DNA of 64,000 bases from a virus, in the IMG/VR virus record IMGVR_UViG_3300017728_000002, positions 1 through 64,000 of that record; one strand, 5' to 3'. Positions 45,669-57,200 of this stretch are shown piece after piece; the stretch's first letter is position 1; every line of letters starts with the position of its first letter. The translations under genes were made by a program, and so were the position numbers. The notes beneath the pieces were generated by a model that did not search any database, was not told the DNA's origin, and saw nothing but the letters and a program-made list of their open reading frames with translations.

Positions 45669-47400
45669 AAAGATGAACGCTGGGGGCATTCCTCCAGGGT
45701 TTAATCCCGACGCATTGTTTTCATATCTGCAAGGTCAAATGGGGACTGGAGGGTCTGGTATGGGTCAGCTAATGCCAGAGCTGCAACAGCAGAATGAGTT
45801 TGATCAAGCTGCAACTCGCCTAAACCAGCTAGAAAAAGCTAAGCAAGGCATTATGACTGGTAAGCAGTTGGTACAAACTGCGCGTGGAATTAAGAAAGGA
45901 GCAGACCTAGCTTCTGCGAGTAAAACTTCTGCAGACCTATTAGGCAAGCTTGGGCAAGGAACCACTACAGCTGCTTTGCCTACGGCAGCTACTGAAGTTG
46001 CCAAGCAAGGGATTCAGAATGGAGGGCTGGCATCTTTTCTAAAAACAGGTGCAGGAGGTTTTGCTTCTGCAGGTCTTGGTATTGGCGGTAAGCTTATTCA
46101 AGAGATTGACAAGAAAGATGGCAACTATAGTACAGCTGGAGCTATGGGTGGTGGCGCTATGCAAGGTGCTGCTATGGGGGCAGCTCTTGGACCATTAGGT
46201 ATGATTGCCGGTGGTGCTATTGGTGCAGGTGTAGGGTACATGCAAAAGGGTAAGTTTGAAGCCAATGCGCGTGCGGAAGAGTTGACTAAGAAAACAGATT
46301 TAGCGCGTGAGTCTGCACAAAAACAACTGGCAGGTCGTGCTATCCTTAAGACTTTTCCTGTAGAAGGAATCAAGAATCAGATCTACGCTAAGGGAGGAGA
46401 GACTGACCCTAAAAACCCCAGTACACGGGGCATCATAAATGCTCAAAACTTCTTAAGACAGCAAGGCGTTGAAATGCCGGCAGATGGCAAATGGAGTGAT
46501 GAGTGGGAACAAGCATACACTGACTACCTAGATGCGTCAGACAGTTCAATGTTTGAACCAATGGATGATCAAAATGCTACAAACACCAAGGAATTTGGTC
46601 GTGTTCTTCCATTGAATGCATCTATGCTGGTCCAAGATGTATTTGACAATCAGCTTGAAAAGCTTACTGGATACGACCGACGAAAAGCTCCTGGTGCTCC
46701 AGCTTACACTAAAGCGGAAAAAGAGGCAATGGATGCTATTGTCCAACGCAATCTAGAAAAAGGCAAGTACCACATTGAATATGGTGATTACAACACTGGA
46801 ACTACTTACGGAGATGTAGGTGGCGGTAGCTCTACCATAGATGTTGCAAAAAAATCTTACAGCGATGCCTACAACCTAAAAACTACGTTTGGGCAAGCTA
46901 TGATTGGAGAGATTCCAGCATGGAATGATCGTCCGGCTGATACCATGGTGTACGATACTTACGACTTTAACAATGCCCAAGACAAGCCATTAACAGACTT
47001 TTCTGGATGGAAAAGCGTAGGTGGTGCGTTGCTTACCGGAAACTTGTATGGAGCTGCTAGAGCTTTGGGTACTGAGTTTGGTAGTAAGGATGGAAAAGGT
47101 CGCACCAACACTATGATTACCAATCGTGCGCATGGAGGACCAACGCATCCAACAGTTCAGACTTCGCCTGACTATATCGCAGAGGGTGGGGAGATGATTC
47201 AGCATGCTCCTGGAGACCTTCCAGCAACAGACAGAAACGGCAGCGTTAAGCCTATTACAGAAACCATCGCTCGTATTGAAGGCGACAAGCACATTGCCAA
47301 AAGCGGTGGCGTGGGTATGTCAGGAGACAAACCTGCACGAATCTATTCTGATCAGTTGCACGTGCCAGCTGATGTTTTGAAACAACTAATGAAACTCTAA
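45652..47400 (+). CDS. Internal virion/ejection (cargo) protein with glycine-zipper segment
   Basis: GGAMQGAAMGAALGPLGMIAGGAIGAGVG, AEGGE motif, possible PG-binding-like segment. Confidence 0.7.
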   Translation: MRKKIKKMNAGGIPPGFNPDALFSYLQGQMGTGGSGMGQLMPELQQQNEFDQAATRLNQLEKAKQGIMTGKQLVQTARGIKKGADLASASKTSADLLGKLGQGTTTAALPTAATEVAKQGIQNGGLASFLKTGAGGFASAGLGIGGKLIQEIDKKDGNYSTAGAMGGGAMQGAAMGAALGPLGMIAGGAIGAGVGYMQKGKFEANARAEELTKKTDLARESAQKQLAGRAILKTFPVEGIKNQIYAKGGETDPKNPSTRGIINAQNFLRQQGVEMPADGKWSDEWEQAYTDYLDASDSSMFEPMDDQNATNTKEFGRVLPLNASMLVQDVFDNQLEKLTGYDRRKAPGAPAYTKAEKEAMDAIVQRNLEKGKYHIEYGDYNTGTTYGDVGGGSSTIDVAKKSYSDAYNLKTTFGQAMIGEIPAWNDRPADTMVYDTYDFNNAQDKPLTDFSGWKSVGGALLTGNLYGAARALGTEFGSKDGKGRTNTMITNRAHGGPTHPTVQTSPDYIAEGGEMIQHAPGDLPATDRNGSVKPITETIARIEGDKHIAKSGGVGMSGDKPARIYSDQLHVPADVLKQLMKL

Positions 47401-49001
47401 TGGGTAAGAAGACTTACGCAGCTGTAATGGACGACATGTCCAAAAAGCTCAATTCTTATGAGAAGCGATTGGCTGATGCTAAACGGCGCGGAGATATGGT
47501 GGGTATCCAAGACTTTGGTCGTCGGGTAGAACGGATGAATGCAGGTATTAATACTCTGTTCCAAACTCAAGAATCCAATAAGCCTGCAATGGGTCATGGT
47601 GGTAAAACCCATTATGCTGAGGGTGGTGTGGTTGGAGTTGATGGGATGGTCCATATCGGAGGAGTTGATGGTCCTGTTGCGTATGACAATACAGGACAAC
47701 CTGTTATGGCTGGTAACAATGCTCCAGGCACAGCTTGGGACAGTCCTATGTTGTTGTTTGACGAAGCGGGTACACCTATGGCTGATGTTGTTGTAGGTCC
47801 AGAAAACACGAGCTCTACTATTGGTCAAGCTGCAACAACTCGAGAAGAGTATGATGCGCTTATGGCCAATGCTCAAGCTAGAGAAGCTGCTGCTGCTCAA
47901 TCTCAATCACAGCTAAGTGCGCCTACCAGTCCTATAGGTCCGCCAAACTTGACAGTCACTCCAGACCCTAGAAGAGTTCCGGTAGGGCAACAGCTTCCGC
48001 GTGAACGTCCTATGGTAGGGTCAAGCTTGCAAGAGTTTAACAATGCAATGAATTCTCAGGTTATGTCTGGAGGTGTGGATGAAACCGCAGCACCAAATGT
48101 GCAAAGGTTTGGTCCGTTAGATGGGACGCAGTACCCACCGCATAACCCAGTCAACACTCCAGCTGCATCAAGTACATCAAGTACAGCTGGAGCGGCTGTT
48201 GCCTCTGCGCCACAACCTGCACAACCTGCACAACCTGCACAGTCAATGCAGCCATTGCAGGCAAGACAAGCGGTTCAACCAAGTAGTGGTGTGATGAACC
48301 CTGGAGCTAATCCTAACGCTACCATTAAAACAGCGTCAGATCCAGCGGCTGTAGGTGCTACAAGTCCACCTACTCAAGGACAACCGCAAGGAGGTATGCA
48401 GGACTTCTTGAATATGCTTGCTCCAGAGCCTAATAAGCTTGCTCAATACGGACAGTACTTGCCTGATCTGTATTCAATGTATCAGATGAATCAAACGCAA
48501 GGTCCAATTAATATGCCCTCTCAAACGATGGCTCGGCAGAACACAGACTTGAATTACAATTCAGTCTATGCTGGGGCTCGTCAAAACGTAGCTGCTCAAG
48601 AAGCATCGTTGGATAGAAACATTTCCAACCCTGTAGTTCGAGCAGCTATGAAGCGTTCTGCACGGAATCAACAGCAACAGCAGATGGGTCAAACCATGAC
48701 CAATGAAATAAACCAAGAGCGTCAACTACAAAATCAGTACGCTCAGTCTATTGCAAACAACCAGAATGTCAATCGGCAGATTGCTACTCAGAACCAACAG
48801 CGTCAACTTGATTTTGCCAATGAGCGTAAGGCAGCCAATGCCAGCTTAGCGCAAGGGCTTGGTACTAAAATGTCCCAGCAATACGGAGAAAATCAAAACA
48901 GAAATTTAGATCTGCAAAAAATGGGCATATCTGCTTTACAGTACGACGGTGACTTGATGCAACGCATGCAACAGAACCTAACCAACATCTTCAACTTATG
49001 A
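47400..49001 (+). CDS. Internal virion/cargo protein (Gln/Pro-rich)
   Basis: Low complexity, QPA repeats, coiled-coil C-terminus, precedes the RNAP cluster. Confidence 0.7.
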   Translation: MGKKTYAAVMDDMSKKLNSYEKRLADAKRRGDMVGIQDFGRRVERMNAGINTLFQTQESNKPAMGHGGKTHYAEGGVVGVDGMVHIGGVDGPVAYDNTGQPVMAGNNAPGTAWDSPMLLFDEAGTPMADVVVGPENTSSTIGQAATTREEYDALMANAQAREAAAAQSQSQLSAPTSPIGPPNLTVTPDPRRVPVGQQLPRERPMVGSSLQEFNNAMNSQVMSGGVDETAAPNVQRFGPLDGTQYPPHNPVNTPAASSTSSTAGAAVASAPQPAQPAQPAQSMQPLQARQAVQPSSGVMNPGANPNATIKTASDPAAVGATSPPTQGQPQGGMQDFLNMLAPEPNKLAQYGQYLPDLYSMYQMNQTQGPINMPSQTMARQNTDLNYNSVYAGARQNVAAQEASLDRNISNPVVRAAMKRSARNQQQQQMGQTMTNEINQERQLQNQYAQSIANNQNVNRQIATQNQQRQLDFANERKAANASLAQGLGTKMSQQYGENQNRNLDLQKMGISALQYDGDLMQRMQQNLTNIFNL

Positions 49002-51187
49002 GCATTTTTGACAAGTTCAAGGTCAACCCTTACATCAGTACGTATGCAGGGGCTCCTATTGGTGAGTTTAATCAGACGGCTGGCACGTTGCAACAACGTA
49101 TGCTGTCTAACATCTCTAAAAGCAATGAGATTGAGCTGGCTATGGATCGATTACAGGCCAGTGGAGTAGATGAAGAGTTTAAGCGTCAGAAGATAGCGGA
49201 GTATGAAAAGCAGATTGATGAGATATCTGAAGCTCCAGAGTATGCTACTCAAAAAGTAATGGCTCTGGCACAGCGGTCTCAGATGGATGAGGACTTTAAG
49301 TTGATGGAAGCCAACGCAAAGCAAAAAGCAGCCATTGAAGCTGAAATGGCAGAAATGGATGTAACCGATCCACAGCGCTACAAGTACCAACAACTGCTTG
49401 ACAGCTACGAACAAGTTGATGAAGACGGAAAAGCAGGTGCTGCTGCAGGTCGCAAGTTTGGCTCAATCAATTTCTATGAAGAGCAAGTTCTGGGAGACTT
49501 GGTCGATGAGCGCGTAGATGGAATTCAAGCCATGAAAAGTGGATTTGCTACGATTCAAGATGATGGTACAATCCGTACAGACAAGGGTGAGATTATTACT
49601 CAAGAACGCGTTATGCAAAGTGCCATGGGAGTACTCTCAGACGAGGCTGTAAAACGGCAAGTATCTGATGAAGTGGCTTTCCGTATGCGCGATCAGCTAG
49701 AAGGGCTTAGTCCGCAGGCCAAGCAACAAGCAATTGCTGCAGCTATGCCTCAATACTTCTTTGATCAATACGTCCAAGGAGCCATATCTAAGTATGCTCG
49801 AAAAGACCACATGTTTGATCTTAAAGGAGGGCGTAAAGAATTGGCAAAAGGATACAGCACTTCTGCAACAGGTGCTCCTATGTACAGCTACGATTCTCAA
49901 GCTGTGGTGCAGAATCGATTAACGGATAAGGTCACAGATGCCAGGTCTTTTCTTGAAGAAGCTCTTGCTGTAGAAGAGCGTATGAATACACCGTCTATAG
50001 AGTACGCTTCTCATACAGATGTAGTAGCCGATGAAAACTATAAAGCGCAGCTCAACACTATTTATGATGAAATGATAGAAACGACTAAGGGGCTTTCTGG
50101 TCAATCTAAAAATGTCATGAGAAAGTTGTTTAGTGGGCCTGAGGGTTATCAAAAGTTGTATGATATGCAACGACAAGCCGGAAACGGTGCTCTTAGACAA
50201 TTAACTCCAGAGGAAGCAGAAAGTGTTGATGCATTTAATCCTTTAGGCGCGATGAAGATGGCAACTGTAGAATTAGAGGGCGGTCCTCAAGGATACGGTT
50301 TAGATGCTATATACAAGGATATTAAGGCAGCGTATGCCGACGAATTCACTGAAAAACAAATGGCAAATGCTACAAAAGAAATATACCGATGGAGTAGGGG
50401 TACTTGGTTGGGAGAAGACATGTCTAACCTAATTAAAAAAGGAGCAGGAGATGTCGCAATTGACTCTAAATATGTTACCCTGCCAGCCGAGCTTAATAAA
50501 GAATTGAATTTAGACGAATCTGCGCAAACCATATTTAATCAGTTTATAGCGGGCGACTTGGAAGGTGCTGTTTTACAGCAAGATATGGATTCAGGGCGTA
50601 TGGTTCCAGTGACTAAAGACGACATGAGCACATATGACATGGGTTCTATGAAAGTGACAGGTTTAAACAAAACAGGAGCCCCAGGAACAATTCAAATCAG
50701 CATTAATGAACACGCTGATACAGGTACAGGTCCTCAAAAAACAATGCTTGTGAATTTGAATCAGTTCAATACTGACTTGTCTGCAAAAATGGCCAATCAG
50801 TTTAAGAAGGAGTCAATGAACAAGGGAGAAAACCAACAGCTCTTTAGCACCTTGGCATTTAATTTTGGGGAGCAAGAGCTGTTTACTAGCGCTCAAAAAG
50901 CTGTTAATGATGTTGGATCTAGTAAAGAGCCAATTCCAATTGCAGGCAAAGAAGTTCAAGCTCAGTACGCAACGGCATTAGGAACTAGTGCTTTGTACTT
51001 GATGTACGACCAGCCAAAGGGTGAATATTATGTAAGAAAAGAAAACGGAGAAATAATTGGCACTGTGGGCAACCGAAAGTTTAATCATAAAGATCATGCC
51101 ATTTCTCATATGATTACAAAGGCTGGTGAAGCTTTGAATCCTAAGCCTAAAGGCAGGCAGAACAAAACCATAGTACCTAAAACCTGA
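48998..51187 (+). CDS. Internal virion/cargo protein
   Basis: PY.STY...P N-terminus and helical body typical of crAss ejection proteins. Confidence 0.7.
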   Translation: MSIFDKFKVNPYISTYAGAPIGEFNQTAGTLQQRMLSNISKSNEIELAMDRLQASGVDEEFKRQKIAEYEKQIDEISEAPEYATQKVMALAQRSQMDEDFKLMEANAKQKAAIEAEMAEMDVTDPQRYKYQQLLDSYEQVDEDGKAGAAAGRKFGSINFYEEQVLGDLVDERVDGIQAMKSGFATIQDDGTIRTDKGEIITQERVMQSAMGVLSDEAVKRQVSDEVAFRMRDQLEGLSPQAKQQAIAAAMPQYFFDQYVQGAISKYARKDHMFDLKGGRKELAKGYSTSATGAPMYSYDSQAVVQNRLTDKVTDARSFLEEALAVEERMNTPSIEYASHTDVVADENYKAQLNTIYDEMIETTKGLSGQSKNVMRKLFSGPEGYQKLYDMQRQAGNGALRQLTPEEAESVDAFNPLGAMKMATVELEGGPQGYGLDAIYKDIKAAYADEFTEKQMANATKEIYRWSRGTWLGEDMSNLIKKGAGDVAIDSKYVTLPAELNKELNLDESAQTIFNQFIAGDLEGAVLQQDMDSGRMVPVTKDDMSTYDMGSMKVTGLNKTGAPGTIQISINEHADTGTGPQKTMLVNLNQFNTDLSAKMANQFKKESMNKGENQQLFSTLAFNFGEQELFTSAQKAVNDVGSSKEPIPIAGKEVQAQYATALGTSALYLMYDQPKGEYYVRKENGEIIGTVGNRKFNHKDHAISHMITKAGEALNPKPKGRQNKTIVPKT

Positions 51188-51226
51188 CCACTCTCTACCA
51201 CCGGTCAATTCAGAAAAACTCTCTAC

Positions 51227-54200
51227 ATGTCTGAAAACAACACTACTCCTGATTCTTCTTTTGAATCTCGTCAGGAAGACGCAGGGCTTACGCCTAAATC
51301 CAACATCCGTTTTGGCTTAAAACAAGACCCGCTCTATCAAGAGCAAGGGATGTTTCAAAGCCGTATGACCGAAAATCCGCAGGTCAAAGGAATAGACGTA
51401 CAGAAGTATGCCCCTTACACAGGGTACATTACCCACCTTGGCACGCGTGATGCTATGCGGGCACGTGGTCAAAGCGTTGCAGAAAAGTGGGGCAATGGAA
51501 TTTATCAAGCTGTAGTAGGCGAAGTAGTTGGGGGCAGTCTTCAAGGCTTAGGAGCCTTAGGTATGCTGGTTGACAGTGAGAAGAACTTTCTTTATGAGCT
51601 AGGTGAAGCCATCAATGAAGGAGCAAGAGACGCTACTCCTATTTATAAGCATAGCGACAAAGCGTTTGCGTTCAATGATGCTGGTTGGTGGGCCAGTAAT
51701 CTGGGCAATATTCTTAGCACTGTAAGTATGTTGGTGCCAGGTATGGCAGTGTCCAAAGGTGCAAGTCTAGCTGCTCGAGGTCTTGTTGCAGCAGGTAAAG
51801 CTGGCAAGGCTGTTAAAGCAGGAAAAACCATTGGCAAAGCTGGAAAGGTTGCAGGTAAGGCTGCAGGTGAAGCTGCTGACGTTACTGCAGATGCTATGAA
51901 AGCTTCTGTGCGCGCACAGCGGCTAGAAAAAACCATGCAAACAGTTGCAGGTGGTTATGGCATGCGTCACGCTGAAAACATTCGTGAAGGCGTAGATGTC
52001 GCTGTCCAAGCTGAGGAAGAGTTTATGCAAGATGGGCGGGCTTTAGAAGATTTTAAAGGGACTGTTGCGTACGATCAATACCTCAAGGATCACGATCAGA
52101 AAGCGCCTATGAACAAGCAAGAGCTTGCTTCGTATGTCGGAGGTCAAGCAGCAGTGCGTTCGTATCAATTTAACATGTTGAATCTGGTATTTGATGTGTT
52201 TCAAATGGGTACAATTTTTAAGCCCTTTAAAGCTGTAACGCGCGGTCAAGGTGTAGGTAAAGTAGGAGCTGCAGCCGCTGGTAAAGCAGCCGCTGGATTG
52301 GATAAAGGAACGCGTGCTACTCGAGCTTTAGAGAAAAGCAAAGGATTCTTAACTGAAGTGGGCAAAGCTGCTACAGAGGGCATAGAAGAGTCAATCAACT
52401 TTATGGGAAGTGGCGAGGGCATGGCCCGTGCAGAATATTTAAGAGGGGTAGAGACTGGAAGCTTTGGAGAACGTCTTGACGATTACTTCCACGACTCGCA
52501 CTTGTATGAAAGTGCTTTCTGGGGTTTCCTTGGAGGAGGAGTGTTTCAAGGTCTTGGGTCCATTATGGGCAAGAAGCAAGATGCTGCTATGACTTCTTTG
52601 CTTCGCCAGCAAGAAACCTTGGTTCGCGAAAGCGCAGAACTAGCCAAGGCTGAGAAAAGTGGCGATACAGAAAAAGCCAATCAAATTCGAGCCAGGGTAA
52701 TGGCTGATTTGGGCATCCGTGCTAGCCAATCTGGACGTGTAGATCAATTGCTAGATCAGCTCAATAGCGATGACTTCATGAAGCAGCTCCAAGAGCAAGG
52801 TCTGTTGGGCGAAAAGAGCATTGAAGAAGCTCGTAATGAACTGATTGAAGGCGTATTAAAGCAAGAAAAAGACTACAAGAAGATTGCTGAAGTTGCGGAA
52901 GAATACGGGTTGAGTAGTCAGGAAATGTTTGTCTTGCTTAAACAGCAGAACTCGTATGATGCTGGGTTAAAAAGCATTGCTGAGAAGCTTGAAGCAATTG
53001 ACGATGCAAGCATTACTGAAGATCAAAAGCTTGCAGCTAAGTTTCAGCTGCGCGATTCGTTGGTTGAGCTTCAGAAGAAGGTAAAAAAGGAAAAGGGCAA
53101 AGACTCAAAGACTCCGTTTGGAGCAGAGTTAAAAGCGTTGCAGGAAGAGCTTAAAGACAAGGAGAAGCCTGCTGAGTTTGAGAAACTGCTGACCTACGAG
53201 GCTTTCAATCAAGCAAGGTTGTTGGCCGAACAAACCAGGTTAAAGCGAAAGCGTGCTGAGCTTACTACTGAACAGTCTCTTGCATATACTCGAACTACAG
53301 TAAATGCGTACAACAAGAATCAAGAAAAAGTCATTGCTGCTAGTTTCAAAAAGAGAGTTGCTGAAGAAGAAAATCTAGATATTCTCAATAAACTTCTTGA
53401 ACAGGCCAAACGAAATAAAGCTAAAGACCAGGAAATACTAATATCTGAGCGCATTGCTGAATTGAAAAAAACCAATGCTGACAAAACAGATGCAGACAAA
53501 GCTCAAGAGGAAAATGAAGAAGGAGGTACTCCTGTACCTAAAGATGACTCTACTGAAGAAAATGAGCCTCCTACAGAAAATGAACCTTCTAAAGAGAATG
53601 AGCCTCCTGAAGAGAATGATCCTGATGTAAGTGATGTTCTACCTGAAGGAGTAGTTCTCGAAGATGATGACGAGGTAGACTACACCCTTGCTTATAGAGA
53701 GCCTTACGCTGATGGTTCTCCTTTTGATTTTGGTTCATTAACCAATCAGGAACGAAGGTTTTTAGATGCTTTAGATAACTTAGATACCGCTGAAACAGTG
53801 GAGAAAGCTCAAGCCCTTGTTTCTTTTGTACGCAACTACATTTTAAAGCAGCAAGAAGAAGGGAAGCCAATTAAACGCAAGTTTGATGGTAAAGTGGTTG
53901 ACCAGGCTATTGCATATTTAGCAGAGGCTGAAAAAACTCCACCAGCTGCACCACAAGATTCTGCACCACAAGATTCTGCACCACAAGATCCTACTTCGGA
54001 CCCACCTACAGACCTACCTACAGATGACTTAGAGAATAGTACAGTCAAGGCTTTGAAAGCCATTGCTCGTCAAGAAGGGTTGACAGGTTATTCTAAGTTG
54101 AACAAGGCAGAGCTAGTTGCTGCTATTCGTGCACATCGTGAGCAAGCTACTTTGTTTCCTGAAAATAAAGTAACTCCACCTACAGATGAATCGCCTGCTG

Positions 54201-57200
54201 AAAAGAAACGGAGAGAATCGCAGCAAAACCGTGTTGAGAAGCACAGCAAAGAACTTTATGAAGCGTTAGAAAGCTATGCAGAAGCTGTAGCTAATAGAGA
54301 TGCACTTCAAGATTCTAAGAATGCAGATAGTAAGGAAGCTGTTGCTGCTGAACTAGCCGCAGACAAAGCGGCAATGAAAGTGTTAAATGCCTTAAATAAT
54401 CTTACTAGTCACAGTCTGTTGTCTCAACAGAACAAAGTAGAAAGCTACATCTCTTCAGACTTACGTGAGTATATGGAGCTAGCTACAGAGACTTTAGAAC
54501 AAGATGGTTACACTTCAGATCATGTAAAACCTGGTCAAGTATATGACGAAACGTTGTCGGTAGATGTGGAGATTGTTAACGACGAAACTTTAGAGCCAGG
54601 AGTAGAACTTATTCAAAAAATTAATCAACCCGAAATACGTAAAAAAGGAAAGGTGATACAGCGTGGCCAAGTTGTTGTTGTACAAGGGCCTTTGCTGAGT
54701 AAGCCAGTTATTGAACCAGAAACAGTTGAAGCTCCAGAAGGTCAGATCAAGATGATCATGAATGACTTGATGGAAGCGTTTTTGCAGCAGATGCAAATTC
54801 GCACAAGCGTAACCATGCCTACTACGCGTGTTAGGGAACACGCTCTTATTGAAGGGACTCGCTTGACTTTAGAAGGGCCGGTGGCAGAGCAGTATGAAGC
54901 GCTCATGTTTGCCTTGACTAACCCGTCAGCATCGGTTACAATTCGCATTTCAGACAATCAAGTAGAGGTCAAAAACCCCATTTACAAAACATCGGTAAAC
55001 AACAAGCTTGGGGTCAAATCTTTGACGCGAAAGACTGTTGGGTCAAAGACGTATACCTACGAAAACGAAGAAGACAACTCTCCTGACTACGAGGTTGTCG
55101 TTGAGTATCAGGGTAAAACTGTAGTCATTGGAAATGTACCTAGGGTGGGTACGTTGTTGAAGCAAGCTTCGCGTCTTCAAAATCAATACCGCAATCAGCC
55201 AACAGGCGATGACGCAGACGCAAACCCATACTGGAGAAACGCATATGCAGATGCCAACCTCAATGCATTGCAAGCCATTAGACATGCAGATGCGATAGCT
55301 CTATTTAGAAAATATCTGGATTCTCAAGACAGCGGATCTATCTCGTTTACTGGGTTGTCTGAGCAAATTGCCCTAGACGGCAGCTTTAAGCGCGGTAGTC
55401 TGCTTCGTCCTAGCGATCAAATGGATACGCTAAATATGCATCCAGAAGTCACAGATGCCATAGACGAACACGGGCTGTGCGTCATGATGACTGATCCTTC
55501 TAGTGGAGAGCCTTATCTGTTGAATCTAAAAACGGGTTTAAAGACTGCAGTACCATACCAAGATGGTGTGATGGCTATGAATGCTCAAGCAGGGACTTAT
55601 GCGTTTAAAAACCAGTCTAACAAGATCTCTAGTACCGGAGCAGTTTTCATTCCTATCCGAGATCCCAACTCACCTTTAAAGCCAATGTGGGTTCGCATGC
55701 CCGACATGACTTTGAAAGAGGCCAATCGTACCGACTTTGTAAGCAACATCTTGTACGGACCAGGCACTTCAGAACAAAAGTTTGAATTGCTTCGAAGTGT
55801 AATGTCTACACCGCCTCCAAGTGTGACATCTGAAAGTCAGATCATGGAAGGGTTCACAGGCGCAGCTTTTATAAGCGGACCGTCTAATGGACAACCTCGA
55901 TTGGTTATTCTCAAAGACAGGAAGATTGTCATGGACTTTAATCCAGATGGCACGCCTCGCACTGAGATTCAAAAAGCTGTTCTTGAGCAGCTGAAGTTTA
56001 GGCTAGATGCAAAATCGCCCGAGCTTGCCAGCTACGAAAAAGAAGGAAAACGAGACGAGGAAACTAGGCAAACTTTAAAGTCGTTAGCTCAAAGCATTAA
56101 GCAAAACGGTAGAATGCCTATTGCTCCCGTTGTTAAAAAAGACAGTGCGGGTAATGATGTAATCATAGGCTACCACCATCCTGTTCCTGCTGCACGATTT
56201 GAACGAGACAGAGAAGCGCAATCTCAAAACCAACTGTTCAACCCAGAGGCTCAGAGTACCATGCTGCCTATTGCCATTGATATGGCACGTCTTCAAGCTC
56301 AAAACCCAGAAGCTCCTGCATCACCAGATACAAAACCTACAGACACTTCTGATCCGAAGAAGTCCAACGAAAAAGGGGGGGAGTCGACTGATTTTTGGAA
56401 TGAATCAGATGACGGTGCAATGTTTATGACTGTAGAAAAGGCTTTAGCAAGCGACTTTTACGCCATGTCTACCTCTAAAGATCAGTTAGAAGCGGAGTTG
56501 TGGCTTGCTAAAAACCTGCCTCACGTTCCGTTTCGAAGAGTCAAGGGCCTTATTGAACGTGGCGGTGTTACCGCATACGGTATATGGGAACAGGGTATGA
56601 TCAGGGTCAGTGATATATCTGTAGTAGGTACAGAGTATCACGAAGCCTTGCACGCTGTAATGGACACATACCTTTCTCCTAAGCGAAGAGCAAAGATTAT
56701 GGCTGAAGCCCGTGCTAAGTATGGAGACTTAGGGCCTATCAAGCTAGAAGAAAAGATTGCTGAGGCTTTTCGAGAGTACATGCTAACGGAAGGAAAAAGC
56801 ATGACAGAGAAAAGTGCACTGCGCCGGTTTTTCTCTGAGATACTGGCATTGGTTCAAGCCATGTTCCAAGGACAATACCGTACTCGGCAGTTGATGCAAA
56901 ACATCAACAGAGGGAGGTATGCGTATAAGCCTAGCCAGCGCTCTAAAAACTTTCTGACTAAGTTCAGTAAGGTTCCTGCCTTTGATGCTGCTGAAATGAG
57001 CGAGCTAGAGCAGGTCATGCCTTTTTTGGTAAACTACATCCTTAAAGACATTCGTGAAGCATTTGTAGGGAACAATCCAAAAGACGTGCTTATGCGACGT
57101 TATGGAAGGGAAGAAGACGCCCAAGTACTTGAAGGATTGCTCCAAACGATAGCAGAGATTAAAGACTTGTCTGTAGAATCAGATGAAGACGGAAATACAA

